Program-made: the position numbers and the translations under genes
Notes under the pieces: model-generated
The model's input: only the letters and a program-made list of their open reading frames with translations
What the model was told of the DNA's origin: nothing
Database searches by the model: none
In this document: positions 8,424 through 18,702 of the stretch, piece by piece
How positions within the stretch are numbered: the stretch's first letter is position 1
Layout of the letters: every line of letters begins with the position of its first letter
DNA from: Acidimicrobiia bacterium
GTDB lineage: Bacteria > Actinomycetota > Acidimicrobiia > IMCC26256 > PALSA-555
Length of the DNA stretch: 54,674 bases
Assembly: GCA_009694295.1 (NCBI GenBank)
Contig: SHVJ01000003.1
Coordinates: 1-54,674, forward strand
Direction: 5' to 3'

Positions 8424-9247
8424 GAACCAATCCCGTGGTCGCGGAGGATCTCGTTGAGCTTGGCCTTGTCGGACCGCTCGCCCTCTTCAAGGCGCTTCAT
8501 GATAAGAGCGCACGGAAGGTAGAACACGCCGCCGGGGAACGTACGGGGACGCATGGCCTGCACGACGATGCACCACGGCGGCACCACGCCCCGTCCGACC
8601 TCTTCACCGGTCTGGGCGTCGATCACCGGGATCCCCGGATTGAGGATCACGCCCTCACCGAGCACACTCCCCCGCCCGACGCGTGCGCCCTGCGTCACCA
8701 TGCTGCGTGAGCCGATAAGTGCGTCGTCCTCGATGATGACGGGCGCCGCTTGCGGGGGCTCGAGCACGCCGCCGATCCCGACGCCTCCCGAGAGGTGGAC
8801 GCGCTCACCGATCTGTGCGCACGACCCGACCGTGGCCCACGTGTCGACCATCGAGTCAGCGCCGACGCGAGCACCGATGTTCACGTAGCTCGGCATCAAG
8901 ATCACACCCGGGCCAAGGTATGAGCCCCAGCGCGCCGACGAACCCGGCACCGCGCGCACCTTCGCCTTCTCGTAGTTGTGCTTGAGCGGGATCTTGTCGG
9001 CGTACTCGAACGGCCCCAACTCGATGGTCTCCATCGTCGCGAAGCGGAACAGCAGCAAGATCGCTTGCTTGAGCCACTGGTGCACGACGACCTTGTCGTC
9101 GACGATCTCAGCGACCCGAGCCTCCCCGGTGTCGAGAAGGTCGATCGCCTCGTAGACGGCCACCTTGGCGTCCTCGGGTGACATCACCGACGCGATGTCG
9201 TCACGCGCGTCCCACGCTGCGGTGATCGTCTGGGCCAGATCGCTCAC
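8420..9247 (-). CDS. dapD: Tetrahydrodipicolinate N-succinyltransferase
   Basis: LLDTGEARVAE, WLKQAILL, DKIPLK, MPSYVNIGA, MVDTWATVGSCAQIG, HLSGGVGIGGVLEP, NEILR. Confidence 0.95.
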   Translation of the reverse strand: MSDLAQTITAAWDARDDIASVMSPEDAKVAVYEAIDLLDTGEARVAEIVDDKVVVHQWLKQAILLLFRFATMETIELGPFEYADKIPLKHNYEKAKVRAVPGSSARWGSYLGPGVILMPSYVNIGARVGADSMVDTWATVGSCAQIGERVHLSGGVGIGGVLEPPQAAPVIIEDDALIGSRSMVTQGARVGRGSVLGEGVILNPGIPVIDAQTGEEVGRGVVPPWCIVVQAMRPRTFPGGVFYLPCALIMKRLEEGERSDKAKLNEILRDHGIGS

Positions 9248-10410
9248 GTACTCGCCTCCAGTCGCTGCACGGTCAGATCGACGTGCTCGTCGGTGATGCT
9301 CAATGCCACTCGCACATGCTGGTCGCCGGCCGAGCCATACAGCGAACCCGGTGCCACGAGCAGCCCGGTCGCGGCCAAACGGGCGGCGATCGACCAACCA
9401 TCCTCGTTCCCGGCCGTGGACCGCAGCCACAGGTAGAACGCGGACGGACCGCCGTCGTTCACGAGACCCCACGCTTCGAGCGCGGGGGCACAACGCGCTC
9501 GACGGTCTGCGTACCGCGCTCGCTGTACGTCGACATGCGCGTCGTCGCCGAGCGCGGCGGCGGCTGCGGCCTGGACTGGGGCCGGCACCATCAAGCCTCC
9601 GTGCTTGCGCACCTCACCGAGGTACGTGACCAGCTCCGCATCACCCGCGACGAACCCGGCGCGAAGCCCGGCCATGTTCGACCGCTTCGACAGCGAGTGG
9701 ACGGCGAGCACGCGGTCAGTGGTCACCTGGAGCGCCGAGACCGGCGCGGCCGGGGCGCCGGACTCGTTGTACGTGAACTCGGCGTAACACTCGTCGCTCG
9801 CGACGATCGCGCCGTGCTCATGACCCCACTCGACGGACGCCCGCATCGATTCGGGCGTGGCGGTGACGCCGGTCGGGTTCGCCGGGTCGTTGAGCCACAG
9901 CAGGAGCGCTCGGACGGCATCATCCGGATCGACGGCGCTCAAGTCGGGACGCCACTTCTCGTCGACAGGCACGGGCACGGCTCTCAGCCCGGCCAGCTCA
10001 GCACCCATCGCGTACGTCGGATACGAAACGCCGGGGTACAGCACGGTGTCGCGCGACGGATCGCGCAGCGAGAGCATCCGTGGGAGCGACGCAACCACTT
10101 CCTTGGTGCCGATGCACGCCATCACCGACGAGGCCGGCAGGTCGACACCGAACCGTCGTTGGATCCACGCGGCCGCGGCCTCCCGGTACGCGAGCGAACC
10201 GATCGTGAACGGGTAGCCCGTGGACCCTGGCGCCGCATCGGAAAGGGCGCGCAGCACCAGGTCGGGCATCGGGTCGACCGGGGTGCCGATCGAGCTGTCG
10301 ACCATGCCCCCCGGTACTGCTGCAGCAACCTCTCTCAGATCAACGAGGCGATCATGCGGATATGGCGGCGGCACGAAGCCTTCCGGAGCCTGGGTTGCCA
10401 CGTTGGCCAC
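9244..10410 (-). CDS. dapC: N-succinyldiaminopimelate aminotransferase (class I/II PLP enzyme)
   Basis: SIGTPVDP, LNDPANPTG, ASDECYAE, HSLSKRSNMAGLRAGF; coupled to dapD. Confidence 0.88.
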   Translation of the reverse strand: MANVATQAPEGFVPPPYPHDRLVDLREVAAAVPGGMVDSSIGTPVDPMPDLVLRALSDAAPGSTGYPFTIGSLAYREAAAAWIQRRFGVDLPASSVMACIGTKEVVASLPRMLSLRDPSRDTVLYPGVSYPTYAMGAELAGLRAVPVPVDEKWRPDLSAVDPDDAVRALLLWLNDPANPTGVTATPESMRASVEWGHEHGAIVASDECYAEFTYNESGAPAAPVSALQVTTDRVLAVHSLSKRSNMAGLRAGFVAGDAELVTYLGEVRKHGGLMVPAPVQAAAAAALGDDAHVDVQRARYADRRARCAPALEAWGLVNDGGPSAFYLWLRSTAGNEDGWSIAARLAATGLLVAPGSLYGSAGDQHVRVALSITDEHVDLTVQRLEAST

Positions 10411-10411
10411 G

Positions 10412-11965
10412 CTACTCAGCGGCGTCTGCGACGAAGACGGGCACGCCACCGACCCAGGTCTCGGCCACGCGTGGCGGGTCGTACGCGTCGAGCGCGCCAT
10501 CCAAGATCACGAGATCGGCGCGCAGGCCCGGCGCGATCGAACCACGTTCGTGCTCCTGACCGCCCGCGTACGCGCTGCCCGCGGTGTACGCGTTCAGCCA
10601 CGCTTCGAAGTCGACGGCTTGATCGGGTTCGAATTCGTTGCCCGCATCCGTGGTCCGTGTCGTACCGCGGGCCGAGCACCACAAGGGTGGGAACGGCGCG
10701 CACGGATCGTCGGACGACGCCGCGAGCGCCACGCCCGCCTCGGCGAGCGTGGCGAACGGGAGCCACGCGTGCTCGTCGAACCTCACGCCGCCCGAAGAGT
10801 CGCCAACGTGGTCGACGAACCCAGGTTGCACCACCGCCACCGCTCCCAGCGCGGCAAGCGCCTGGCACTGCTCTCTGGACGCCACGCCGACGTGCTCGAT
10901 CCGGAACCGATGGTCCTCGTCAGGCATCGCCCGCCGCGCGGCAGCGAACGCTTCGATCGTGCGCTGCACGCCGACGTTGCCCATCGCGTGCACGCCAACC
11001 CGGTATCCACGCCGCGCTGCCTCGACGAGCCGCGGCTCGAGATCATCCATCGTGATCCCCATGAGCAGCCGTTGACCGTGTATTGCGACGTCGAGCGCGA
11101 TCGCGATGCCGCCGTCGGCAAAGAACTTCACGCCGCCGACCCGCACCGCCTCGTCGCCTTCTCCAGTCGCGGGACCATCGAGTCGGGACCCCACGTCGTT
11201 CGTGAGCAGCGCCGCGGAGTGCGGCATCGCGAGCACCGACAACGGAAGGCGCCGATCACGGGCCAGCCAGCGATAGAGGTCTTCACCCTCCGACGTGCAC
11301 GCGGCGTCGTGGATGGCAGTGATGCCGTGGCGCAGGAGGTTCGGGATGCGGGCGAGCACGTAGTCGCCCCAACGGTCGCGGTCGGTGAAGCCCGCCAGCG
11401 AGCGTGCATGCGCCTCGCTCCACGCTCGTTCGATCAGCAGACCGTTTGGCTCGCCGTCGGCACCTCGCCCCAGTTCACCACCAGCGGGGTCGGGCGCCCT
11501 GCGACCGATCTCCAGATCTTCCAGCCCACGACTGCACACCACGGCCTGATGCAGCGAGAAGTGCGCAACAACGATCGGTCGATCCAATTCCAGCGCATCA
11601 AGATCGTTGCGCGTCGGAGCGACACCGGTGGTGACCTCGTTCCAGCCGCACACTCGGATCCATTCGGCTTCCGGTTCAGCCGCGGCCTGCGCTCGCACGC
11701 CGTCGAGGAGTTCCTCCATCGATGTGACATGCGAGACGTCGTGCCACTGCGGGTGGAGCGCCGCGATCGAGAGGTGGTTGTGCGCGTCGATGAAACCAGG
11801 GACGAGGGTGTGGCCCGCGAGGTCGTGCACCTGCGCGTCCAGATGTGCGCTCAGGATTCCCCGCTCACCGACCGCCGCGATGCGGTCGCCGTCAACGATG
11901 ACGACATCGGGTGCCGGTCCCGGAGCCATCGTGAGTACGCGCCCGCCCGTAAACGCGTGTTTCAT
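10412..11965 (-). CDS. Amidohydrolase family 3 (YtcJ-like) protein
   Basis: LVPGFIDAHNH, VKFFADGG, HAMGN, RIEH, SSDDP, GSIAPGLRADLVILD. Confidence 0.88.
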   Translation of the reverse strand: MKHAFTGGRVLTMAPGPAPDVVIVDGDRIAAVGERGILSAHLDAQVHDLAGHTLVPGFIDAHNHLSIAALHPQWHDVSHVTSMEELLDGVRAQAAAEPEAEWIRVCGWNEVTTGVAPTRNDLDALELDRPIVVAHFSLHQAVVCSRGLEDLEIGRRAPDPAGGELGRGADGEPNGLLIERAWSEAHARSLAGFTDRDRWGDYVLARIPNLLRHGITAIHDAACTSEGEDLYRWLARDRRLPLSVLAMPHSAALLTNDVGSRLDGPATGEGDEAVRVGGVKFFADGGIAIALDVAIHGQRLLMGITMDDLEPRLVEAARRGYRVGVHAMGNVGVQRTIEAFAAARRAMPDEDHRFRIEHVGVASREQCQALAALGAVAVVQPGFVDHVGDSSGGVRFDEHAWLPFATLAEAGVALAASSDDPCAPFPPLWCSARGTTRTTDAGNEFEPDQAVDFEAWLNAYTAGSAYAGGQEHERGSIAPGLRADLVILDGALDAYDPPRVAETWVGGVPVFVADAAE

Positions 11966-11969
11966 CGAT

Positions 11970-13274
11970 TCAGCCTGTCACGAACTCGCCGAACCGAGCA
12001 CGCTCCGCATTGCCCAGACGGGCCCGCACGCGCGTGCTCTCATCGCCGTGCACCTCGACGAGCACCTCGGCGTCGCGGTGCAGCGCGGCGAGCACATCGC
12101 CGCGGTCGTACGGAACTTCCAGCTCCGTCACCGCGGTGAGCACGCGTAGGCGATCCCCAACCGCTGCGAGCAGCTTGTCGACGCCCTCGCCCGTATACGC
12201 CGATACCGCGAGCGCTTCCGGAGGGGTCGTGAGCTCGTGTACACGATCGGAATCTGCCGCGTCGATCTTGTTCACGACCAACAGCTCGGGGACATCTCCC
12301 GCGCCGATGTCGCGCAGCACCTCGTGCACGGCGGAGATCTGGGCCTCCGCATCCGGCGCGGTGGCGTCCACCAGATGAACGAGCACATCGGCTTCGGCGA
12401 CCTCTTCGAGCGTGGATCGGAATGCTTCGACGAGCTGATGCGGGAGGCGCCGCACGAAACCAACGGTGTCGGAACACAAGATCGTCTCGCCGCCGGGTAA
12501 GTGCACCCGTCGCGTGGTCGGATCGAGGGTGGAGAACAGTCGGTCCTCGACCAGCACGTCGGTACGAGCCAGCCGATTCAACAAGGTGGACTTCCCGGCG
12601 TTCGTGTAACCGACAACCGCCACCCGCTGGAGATCGCGCCGGCGGCGCGCCTTGCGCTGCGTCGACCGGGTCTTGGCCAGCCGCTTCAGATCCTGCTCGA
12701 GCTTCGTGATCCGGCGTTGGAGGCGCCGACGATCGACCTCGAGCTGTGTCTCACCAGGACCACGGGTGCCGATGCCACCAGCCTGCTGGCTGAGCTCGAC
12801 GCCGCGGCCGCGGAGGCGTGGCATCCGATAGCGGAGCTGTGCAAGCTCCACCTGCACCATGCCCTCTTGGCTCGTCGCATGCTGAGCGAAGATGTCGAGG
12901 ATCAGCGCAACCCGGTCCACGACGTCGCGCTCCAACAACTTCTCCAAGTTGCGTTGCTGAGCCGGCGAGAGCTCGTCGTCGAAGACGACAACGTCGATGT
13001 CGAGCGCCTCCGACACCTCATGGAGCTCTTCGGCCTTCCCACGTCCGACGTAGGTGGCCGGATCGGGACGGTCACGTCGCTGGAGGATCGTCTCGACGGG
13101 CTCCGCACCTGCAGTGTCGGTGAGGAGCCCCAACTCCACGAGTGACAACTCGGCCTCTTCGACTGAGCGTGCGCCCACCCCGGTACCGACGAGAAGCGCT
13201 CGTTGGTGGACGACATCGAAGTCAACCTCGGTTGCGGTGAGCCGCCGCCGTCCTCGTGCTGACGAGCGACTCAT
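11970..13274 (-). CDS. hflX: GTPase HflX
   Basis: GIGTRGPGETQLEVDRR, VGYTNAGKST, LFSTLDPTTR, DTVGF, NKID. Confidence 0.97.
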   Translation of the reverse strand: MSRSSARGRRRLTATEVDFDVVHQRALLVGTGVGARSVEEAELSLVELGLLTDTAGAEPVETILQRRDRPDPATYVGRGKAEELHEVSEALDIDVVVFDDELSPAQQRNLEKLLERDVVDRVALILDIFAQHATSQEGMVQVELAQLRYRMPRLRGRGVELSQQAGGIGTRGPGETQLEVDRRRLQRRITKLEQDLKRLAKTRSTQRKARRRRDLQRVAVVGYTNAGKSTLLNRLARTDVLVEDRLFSTLDPTTRRVHLPGGETILCSDTVGFVRRLPHQLVEAFRSTLEEVAEADVLVHLVDATAPDAEAQISAVHEVLRDIGAGDVPELLVVNKIDAADSDRVHELTTPPEALAVSAYTGEGVDKLLAAVGDRLRVLTAVTELEVPYDRGDVLAALHRDAEVLVEVHGDESTRVRARLGNAERARFGEFVTG

Positions 13275-14122
13275 GTGAACCTCCGCACCAGCTCGTCCTC
13301 GTCGACGTCAACGTCGAACACGTGTTGTACCTCGCCACCAAGCACCACCGTGTCGCCGAGCGTGACGGTGTGCGTACCACCCGGTACCTCCACCAGCACC
13401 GCCTCATCGACCAGGTCGCGTCGACGAGCGACCGCCGCCGACGCGCACACGCCGGTGCCGCAGGACAGGGTCTCCCCCACACCGCGTTCCCACACACGCA
13501 TTCGGAGGTGCGTTCGGTCGAGCACCTGTACGAACTCGACATTCGTGTGCTTCGGGAAGCGTTCGTCAACCTCGAGGTGGGGTCCGTGCTGTGTGACCCG
13601 AGCGCTGTCGACGTCGTCGACCAAGAGGACGAAGTGAGGGTTCCCCACGCCCGCCGCATCCCCTCTATAGGTCGTTCCATGGAAGATGGCTTCGAGGTCG
13701 AAGGCGCTCGGGGCAGCGAGTGGGATCGCCGCCGGTTCGAACGTGACAGGACCCATGTCGACAGTGGCGGCACGCACCACACCGTCGATCACTTCCAACT
13801 GCACCTCGCGTCGACCCCCGCCGGTGTCGATAGTGAGTGTGTCGCCCCTTGCCAGCCCCTCGCGATGAGCCACCCAAGCAAGACACCGAACACCGTTGCC
13901 GCTCATCTCGGCGATGCCGCCATCGGCGTTGCGCAGCTCCATCGTGCAGTCGGCGCCGTCGGCTCCGGGCAACAACGTGATGATGCCATCTGCACCGACA
14001 CCCCGGTTCCGGTCGCAGAGCGCGCGCGCGATCGCGGCGTCGGGCGCGGGCCGGCCGTCGAGCGCGACGGTCACGAGGAAGTCGTTCCCGGTGCCGTGGA
14101 GCTTGCTGAGGTGCAAGGTCAC
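13271..14122 (-). CDS. dapF: Diaminopimelate epimerase
   Basis: KLHGTGNDF, GVGADG, NADGGIAEMSGNGVRC, GNPH, RVWERGVGETLSCGTG. Confidence 0.95.
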   Translation of the reverse strand: MTLHLSKLHGTGNDFLVTVALDGRPAPDAAIARALCDRNRGVGADGIITLLPGADGADCTMELRNADGGIAEMSGNGVRCLAWVAHREGLARGDTLTIDTGGGRREVQLEVIDGVVRAATVDMGPVTFEPAAIPLAAPSAFDLEAIFHGTTYRGDAAGVGNPHFVLLVDDVDSARVTQHGPHLEVDERFPKHTNVEFVQVLDRTHLRMRVWERGVGETLSCGTGVCASAAVARRRDLVDEAVLVEVPGGTHTVTLGDTVVLGGEVQHVFDVDVDEDELVRRFT

Positions 14123-15033
14123 GACCCCCACAATGCCAGGAGCGGCGGCAACACGAGCCATGGATTCTCCGCCGCGCCCAGCCAGGTGATCCGCGGGTCC
14201 CGTCGGAACCACATCCGCTGGCGGCGAGCGAATGATCGGGTCCGCCGCGCGGTCATGGCGAACGCCTCATCGACATCGCCCTCGTTCTCCAGCGCGCCGA
14301 GGAGCTCCTTGTACCCGATGGCTTGTCGAGCGTTGCGGGAAAGCCGGCCCTTGAGCGCTCTGACCTCCTCGAGCAGTCCGGCGTCTCGCATCGCTGCCAC
14401 TCGCGCCTCAATGCGGCGAGCGAGCGCTTCACGCGGGAGCCACATGCCGACGATGTTCACCGGGAACGCGGTTGGCCCGAACACACCAACTCCGGGCCCG
14501 AACGACGAGAACAACTCACCGGTGAGTTGCATCACTTCGAGCGCGCGCACGATACGACGCGCGTTGTGGGGATCGATGCGTGCTGCTGCTGTCGGGTCGG
14601 CCGCTTCCAACTCGGCGTAGGCCGCGGCCACTCCGCCCGGTAACGCGGTGCGTGCCTCGAGTTCGGCTCGCAGCTCCAGGCTCTCGCCCGGGAAACGCAG
14701 ATCGTCGACGACCGCCTGCACGTACAAGCCCGTCCCGCCGACGAGGAGCGCTCGGCGGCCGCGGCGCTCGATGTCGGCGACTGCCTCGCGGGCCTCCTGT
14801 TGGAAGCGCACGACCGACCAGTCTTGTTCTGGCTCGGCCACATCGATCAGATGATGCGGCACCGATGCGCGCACCTCGACCGACGGCTTGGCCGTCCCGA
14901 TGTCGAGACACCGGTACACCTGCATCGAGTCGACCGACACGATCTCGATGTCGCCAAGCGTGCGGGCGACTGCGAGCGCCAAGTCCGACTTTCCCGACGC
15001 CGTCGGTCCGATGAGCGCCAGGTGCGTCGTCAA
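14119..15033 (-). CDS. miaA: tRNA dimethylallyltransferase
   Basis: GPTASGKS, DSMQVY..LDIGTAKP, VGGTGLY, QAIGYKE, FARRQRMWF. Confidence 0.97.
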   Translation of the reverse strand: MTTHLALIGPTASGKSDLALAVARTLGDIEIVSVDSMQVYRCLDIGTAKPSVEVRASVPHHLIDVAEPEQDWSVVRFQQEAREAVADIERRGRRALLVGGTGLYVQAVVDDLRFPGESLELRAELEARTALPGGVAAAYAELEAADPTAAARIDPHNARRIVRALEVMQLTGELFSSFGPGVGVFGPTAFPVNIVGMWLPREALARRIEARVAAMRDAGLLEEVRALKGRLSRNARQAIGYKELLGALENEGDVDEAFAMTARRTRSFARRQRMWFRRDPRITWLGAAENPWLVLPPLLALWGS

Positions 15034-15040
15034 CGTCTCC

Positions 15041-16423
15041 TCAGCCGGCCGCGACCGGGATCAACACCCGCGTCGGGCGTGGAGCTCGTGGCGCCTCGAC
15101 GAGCTCGCCTGCGAGCCAATGTGGTGCTGCGCGCGTGATACGCACCTGCACGTAGCTCCCCGCCGGAGTTGCAACCTCGTCGGCTGGGAAGTGCACGAGC
15201 TTGCTCTGTCGGGTGCGTCCCGAGAGTCGCGTGGGATCAGTCTTCGATAGCCCTTCCACCAACACCTCTTCGACCCGTCCCACTCGAGCTTCGTGGTGCA
15301 CGAGCGCGTGACCTTCCACCACTTCCATGAGTCGGGCCATCCGTTCCTTGACGACCTCCGGTGCCACGAAGTCGTCGGTCATCTCCGCGGCCGGAGTCCC
15401 AGGCCGCGGTGAGAACACGAACGTGTACGCCGCGTCGTACGACGCCTCGTCGACGACTTCGAGTGTTCGCTCGAAGTCGGCGTCGGTCTCACCGGGGAAG
15501 CCGACGATCAGATCGGTGGTGACCGCGAGGTCGTCGATCGCGGCGCGTGCGGCCCGCAGGCGCTCGAGATACCGCTCGGCGGTGTAGCCGCGGTGCATCC
15601 GCGCCAGCGTGCGGTCGCTCCCCGATTGCAGCGGCAGGTGCAGGTGCTCACACACCGCGTCGCACTCGGCCATCGCGGCCATCGTCTCGGGTCGAAGATC
15701 CTTCGGGTGGGGCGACGTGTACCGAATGCGGCGGATGCCGTCGATCGCCGAGACCTCGCGGAGCAGGTCGGCGAACTGCGGCCGGTATTGCCCCGCGCCG
15801 AGGTCGCGGCCGTAGGAATTGACGTTCTGGCCGAGCAACGTGATTTCGCTCACGCCATCGGCCGCGAGCTCACCGACTTCGCGCACCACATCACCGAGGC
15901 GGCGGCTGATCTCCGGGCCGCGCACGATCGGCACGATGCAGAACGTGCACGAGTTGTCGCAACCGATCTGGATCGTCACCCAGGCTGAGTGGGGCGACTC
16001 CCGTCGGGCCGGAAGCACCGCCGGATCGGCGTCGTGTTCGTCGAGGATCTCCACGATCGGCCCATCCATGCGGGCGTGCTCGAGCAGCTCGGCCGCCCGA
16101 CCCAGGTTGTGCGTACCGAACACCACGTCGACGTGGCCGGCCCGCTCCATCACGATCTCGCGATCCTTCTGGGCCAGGCACCCGCCAACTGCGATCTGGA
16201 GGTCGGGTCGGCGCGCCTTGAGCTCCTTGAGTCGACCGAGATGCCCATAGAGCTTGTTGTCGGCGTTCTCCCGGATGCAGCACGTGTTGAGGACGATGAC
16301 GTCGGCGGCTTCGAGGTCGTCGGTCGCCTCCATCCCGTCGGCAACGAGCAAGCCCGCGATGCGCTCCGAGTCGTGCTCGTTCATCTGGCACCCATAGGTG
16401 CGGACGAGGAAGCGGCGCGTCAT
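15041..16423 (-). CDS. miaB: tRNA methylthiotransferase MiaB
   Basis: TYGCQMNEHDSE, NTCCIRENA, GCDNSCTFCIVP, LLGQNVNSYG, C-terminal TRAM domain. Confidence 0.97.
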   Translation of the reverse strand: MTRRFLVRTYGCQMNEHDSERIAGLLVADGMEATDDLEAADVIVLNTCCIRENADNKLYGHLGRLKELKARRPDLQIAVGGCLAQKDREIVMERAGHVDVVFGTHNLGRAAELLEHARMDGPIVEILDEHDADPAVLPARRESPHSAWVTIQIGCDNSCTFCIVPIVRGPEISRRLGDVVREVGELAADGVSEITLLGQNVNSYGRDLGAGQYRPQFADLLREVSAIDGIRRIRYTSPHPKDLRPETMAAMAECDAVCEHLHLPLQSGSDRTLARMHRGYTAERYLERLRAARAAIDDLAVTTDLIVGFPGETDADFERTLEVVDEASYDAAYTFVFSPRPGTPAAEMTDDFVAPEVVKERMARLMEVVEGHALVHHEARVGRVEEVLVEGLSKTDPTRLSGRTRQSKLVHFPADEVATPAGSYVQVRITRAAPHWLAGELVEAPRAPRPTRVLIPVAAG

Positions 16424-16464
16424 TCCGAGCAGTCTACGGGTGACCCCCTCGTAGGCTCCCGGCC

Positions 16465-17187
16465 ATGCACGTGGGCGTCCTCGAGTACCTCGCCGTGGCC
16501 ACGGTGGTGTTGTTCGGCTCCGTGGTGCAGGGCTCGATCGGCGTCGGGCTCAACATGATCTCGGCGCCATTCGTGGCGATCATCGTGCCCGAGGCACTTC
16601 CTGCCACCCTCGTGCTGCTCGCATTGCCGATCGCGATCACCACGCTCCTCCGTGAGCATCACGCCGTCGACCGTGTGGCGCTGCCGTGGATGCTCGCTGG
16701 GGCGTTCCCAGGCACGGGTGTCGGGCTCATCATCGTGGGCGCCGCCGACCGGAACGCGCTGTCGATCATCGTGGGGACCACCGTGCTCTCGGGCGTGATC
16801 CTCAGCGTTGCATCGCCACCCGTCCCCACGAACCGCTTCACCGCGCTGATGGCTGGCTTCATCTCGAACCTGTTCGGGACGGCCAGCGCAGTTGGCGGAC
16901 CGCCCGTCGCACTCCTGTTCCAGCACCGCACCGGACCGATCTCCCGGTCGACGCTCGGCGCGTTCTTCTTCACCAGCGCGTCGCTGTCGATCATCGGGTA
17001 CATCGCTGCAGAGACGATCACCGGCGATCAGGTGCTGTTCGCGCTCACCCTCGTGCCGGTCATGGCCGCCGGCCTCTGGATCAGCCGGCACCTGCACGTC
17101 CACGTCGACGGCGGCTGGCTCCGCCCCGCCATGCTCGCCCTGTCAGCCATCGCCGGCACCGCCGCCATCCTCCGCGCGGTGCTCTGA
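16465..17187 (+). CDS. TauE/SafE-family (TSUP) membrane transporter
   Basis: About 8 TM helices; VQGSIGVGL and GTASAVGGPP motifs. Confidence 0.85.
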   Translation: MHVGVLEYLAVATVVLFGSVVQGSIGVGLNMISAPFVAIIVPEALPATLVLLALPIAITTLLREHHAVDRVALPWMLAGAFPGTGVGLIIVGAADRNALSIIVGTTVLSGVILSVASPPVPTNRFTALMAGFISNLFGTASAVGGPPVALLFQHRTGPISRSTLGAFFFTSASLSIIGYIAAETITGDQVLFALTLVPVMAAGLWISRHLHVHVDGGWLRPAMLALSAIAGTAAILRAVL

Positions 17188-17235
17188 CCCGTCCCAACCA
17201 TGGCGCAGCACGGGCCGAATGAAAGGGCCCGGACG

Positions 17236-17270
17236 CGAGTGGTGACGGGGGCGGACCCCGTCACCACTCG
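17236..17270. terminator. Stem-loop between convergent TauE gene and recA
   Basis: CGAGTGGTGACGGGG-gcgga-CCCCGTCACCACTCG, perfect 15-bp stem. Confidence 0.7.
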
Positions 17271-17316
17271 TGGGCTGGGCTGGGTGTTGGTCGAACGGTG
17301 TGGCTGAGCGGTTGCG

Positions 17317-18495
17317 TTAGAGCTCGGCGCCGATGTCGGCCTTGGTCTTGGCCGACGACTTGCCGTTCGGCTTCGCCGGCGGCGCGTCCACGACGTCAGC
17401 CATGACCTCGGCCACTGGGGCCGGGGCGATCTCGTCGGTGAGCTCATCGTTCAACGCGCCGTTGAGCGCGTCGATCGGGCCGTCGGTGGCCGCAGTGAGG
17501 TCGATGTCGTCCTCACCAAGGCCGGCGCTGACTCGGATCTTCTCCATGATCTCCAACATCATGTCGATGTTGTCGGAGAGGAACTGCTTGGCGTTCTCGC
17601 GGCCCTGACCGAGCTGCTCACCTTCGTAGGTGAACCACGCACCCGACTTCTTCACGATGTCGAGATCGACGCCGACGTCGAGCACCGAGCCTTCGCGGCT
17701 AATGCCCTTGCCGTACATGATGTCGAACTCGGCCATCTTGAACGGTGGCGCAACCTTGTTCTTCGCCACCTTGACGCGGGTGCGGTTGCCGATCATCTCG
17801 GCCCCGTCCTTGATCGCCTCCACCCGGCGGATGTCGAGGCGTACCGACGAGTAGAACTTCAGCGCACGACCGCCAGGCGTGGTCTCGGGCGAGCCGAACA
17901 TCACGCCGATCTTCTCCCGCAGCTGGTTGATGAAGATGCAGATCGTGCGGGACTTGCTGAGGTTGGCGGTGAGCTTGCGCAACGCCTGGCTCATGAGCCG
18001 GGCCTGGAGGCCGACGTGCGTGTCGCCCATCTCACCCTCGATCTCGGCCCGGGGCGTGAGTGCGGCCACCGAGTCGATGACGATCACGTCGAGCGCGCTC
18101 GACCGGATGAGCATGTCGGTGATCTCGAGCGCCTGCTCCCCCGTGTCGGGCTGGGAGATGTAGAGGTCGTCGACGTTGACGCCGATGGCCGCGGCGTACA
18201 CCGGGTCCATGGCGTGCTCAGCGTCGATGTAGGCGCAGATGCCGCCGTTGCGCTGGGCCTCGGCGACCACGTGCATAGCGAGGGTGGACTTCCCCGACGA
18301 CTCCGGCCCGTAGATCTCGACGACCCGGCCTCGGGGCAGCCCGCCAATGCCGAGCGCCAGGTCGAGGGCCAGCGCGCCGGTGGAGATGGCGGCGACACCC
18401 ACATGGCCCTGCTCGCCGAGCTTCATGATCGAGCCCTTGCCGTACTGCTTCTCGATCTGACCGAGCGCCATCTCGAGTGCCTGCTGACTTTCCAC
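17317..18495 (-). CDS. recA: Recombinase RecA with long acidic C-terminal tail
   Basis: GTG start [22 protein letters not shown]; [53 protein letters not shown]. No intein. Confidence 0.98.
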   Translation of the reverse strand: MESQQALEMALGQIEKQYGKGSIMKLGEQGHVGVAAISTGALALDLALGIGGLPRGRVVEIYGPESSGKSTLAMHVVAEAQRNGGICAYIDAEHAMDPVYAAAIGVNVDDLYISQPDTGEQALEITDMLIRSSALDVIVIDSVAALTPRAEIEGEMGDTHVGLQARLMSQALRKLTANLSKSRTICIFINQLREKIGVMFGSPETTPGGRALKFYSSVRLDIRRVEAIKDGAEMIGNRTRVKVAKNKVAPPFKMAEFDIMYGKGISREGSVLDVGVDLDIVKKSGAWFTYEGEQLGQGRENAKQFLSDNIDMMLEIMEKIRVSAGLGEDDIDLTAATDGPIDALNGALNDELTDEIAPAPVAEVMADVVDAPPAKPNGKSSAKTKADIGAEL

Positions 18496-18551
18496 TGGGT
18501 CCTCCCGGGGACTCTTGGGTTCGATTGGGGGAAGCGAGATGCAGTTGTACG

Positions 18552-18565
18552 ACGGGGGTGTGACA
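18552..18565 (-). promoter_or_regulatory. TGTCACACCCCCGT motif upstream of recA (RecA-NDp/PafBC-like)
   Basis: Minus strand reads TGTCACAC-ccccgtcg-TACAAC; same 14-mer at 5814-5827. Confidence 0.6.
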
Positions 18566-18641
18566 GTCCCCCCACACCGGCCTGGCCTGGGGCCCAGCCC
18601 CAAGTTACGCCCGTGGAATTCCACGTGTGGAAGACCCTAAC

Positions 18642-18655
18642 CGAACACCCGTTCG
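18642..18655. promoter_or_regulatory. LexA box upstream of recA
   Basis: CGAACacccGTTCG. Confidence 0.88.
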
Positions 18656-18702
18656 GGGTCAAGGACCCTGCAGCGCCAAGGGGCTCAGGCCCCGCAAGGG
18701 GG

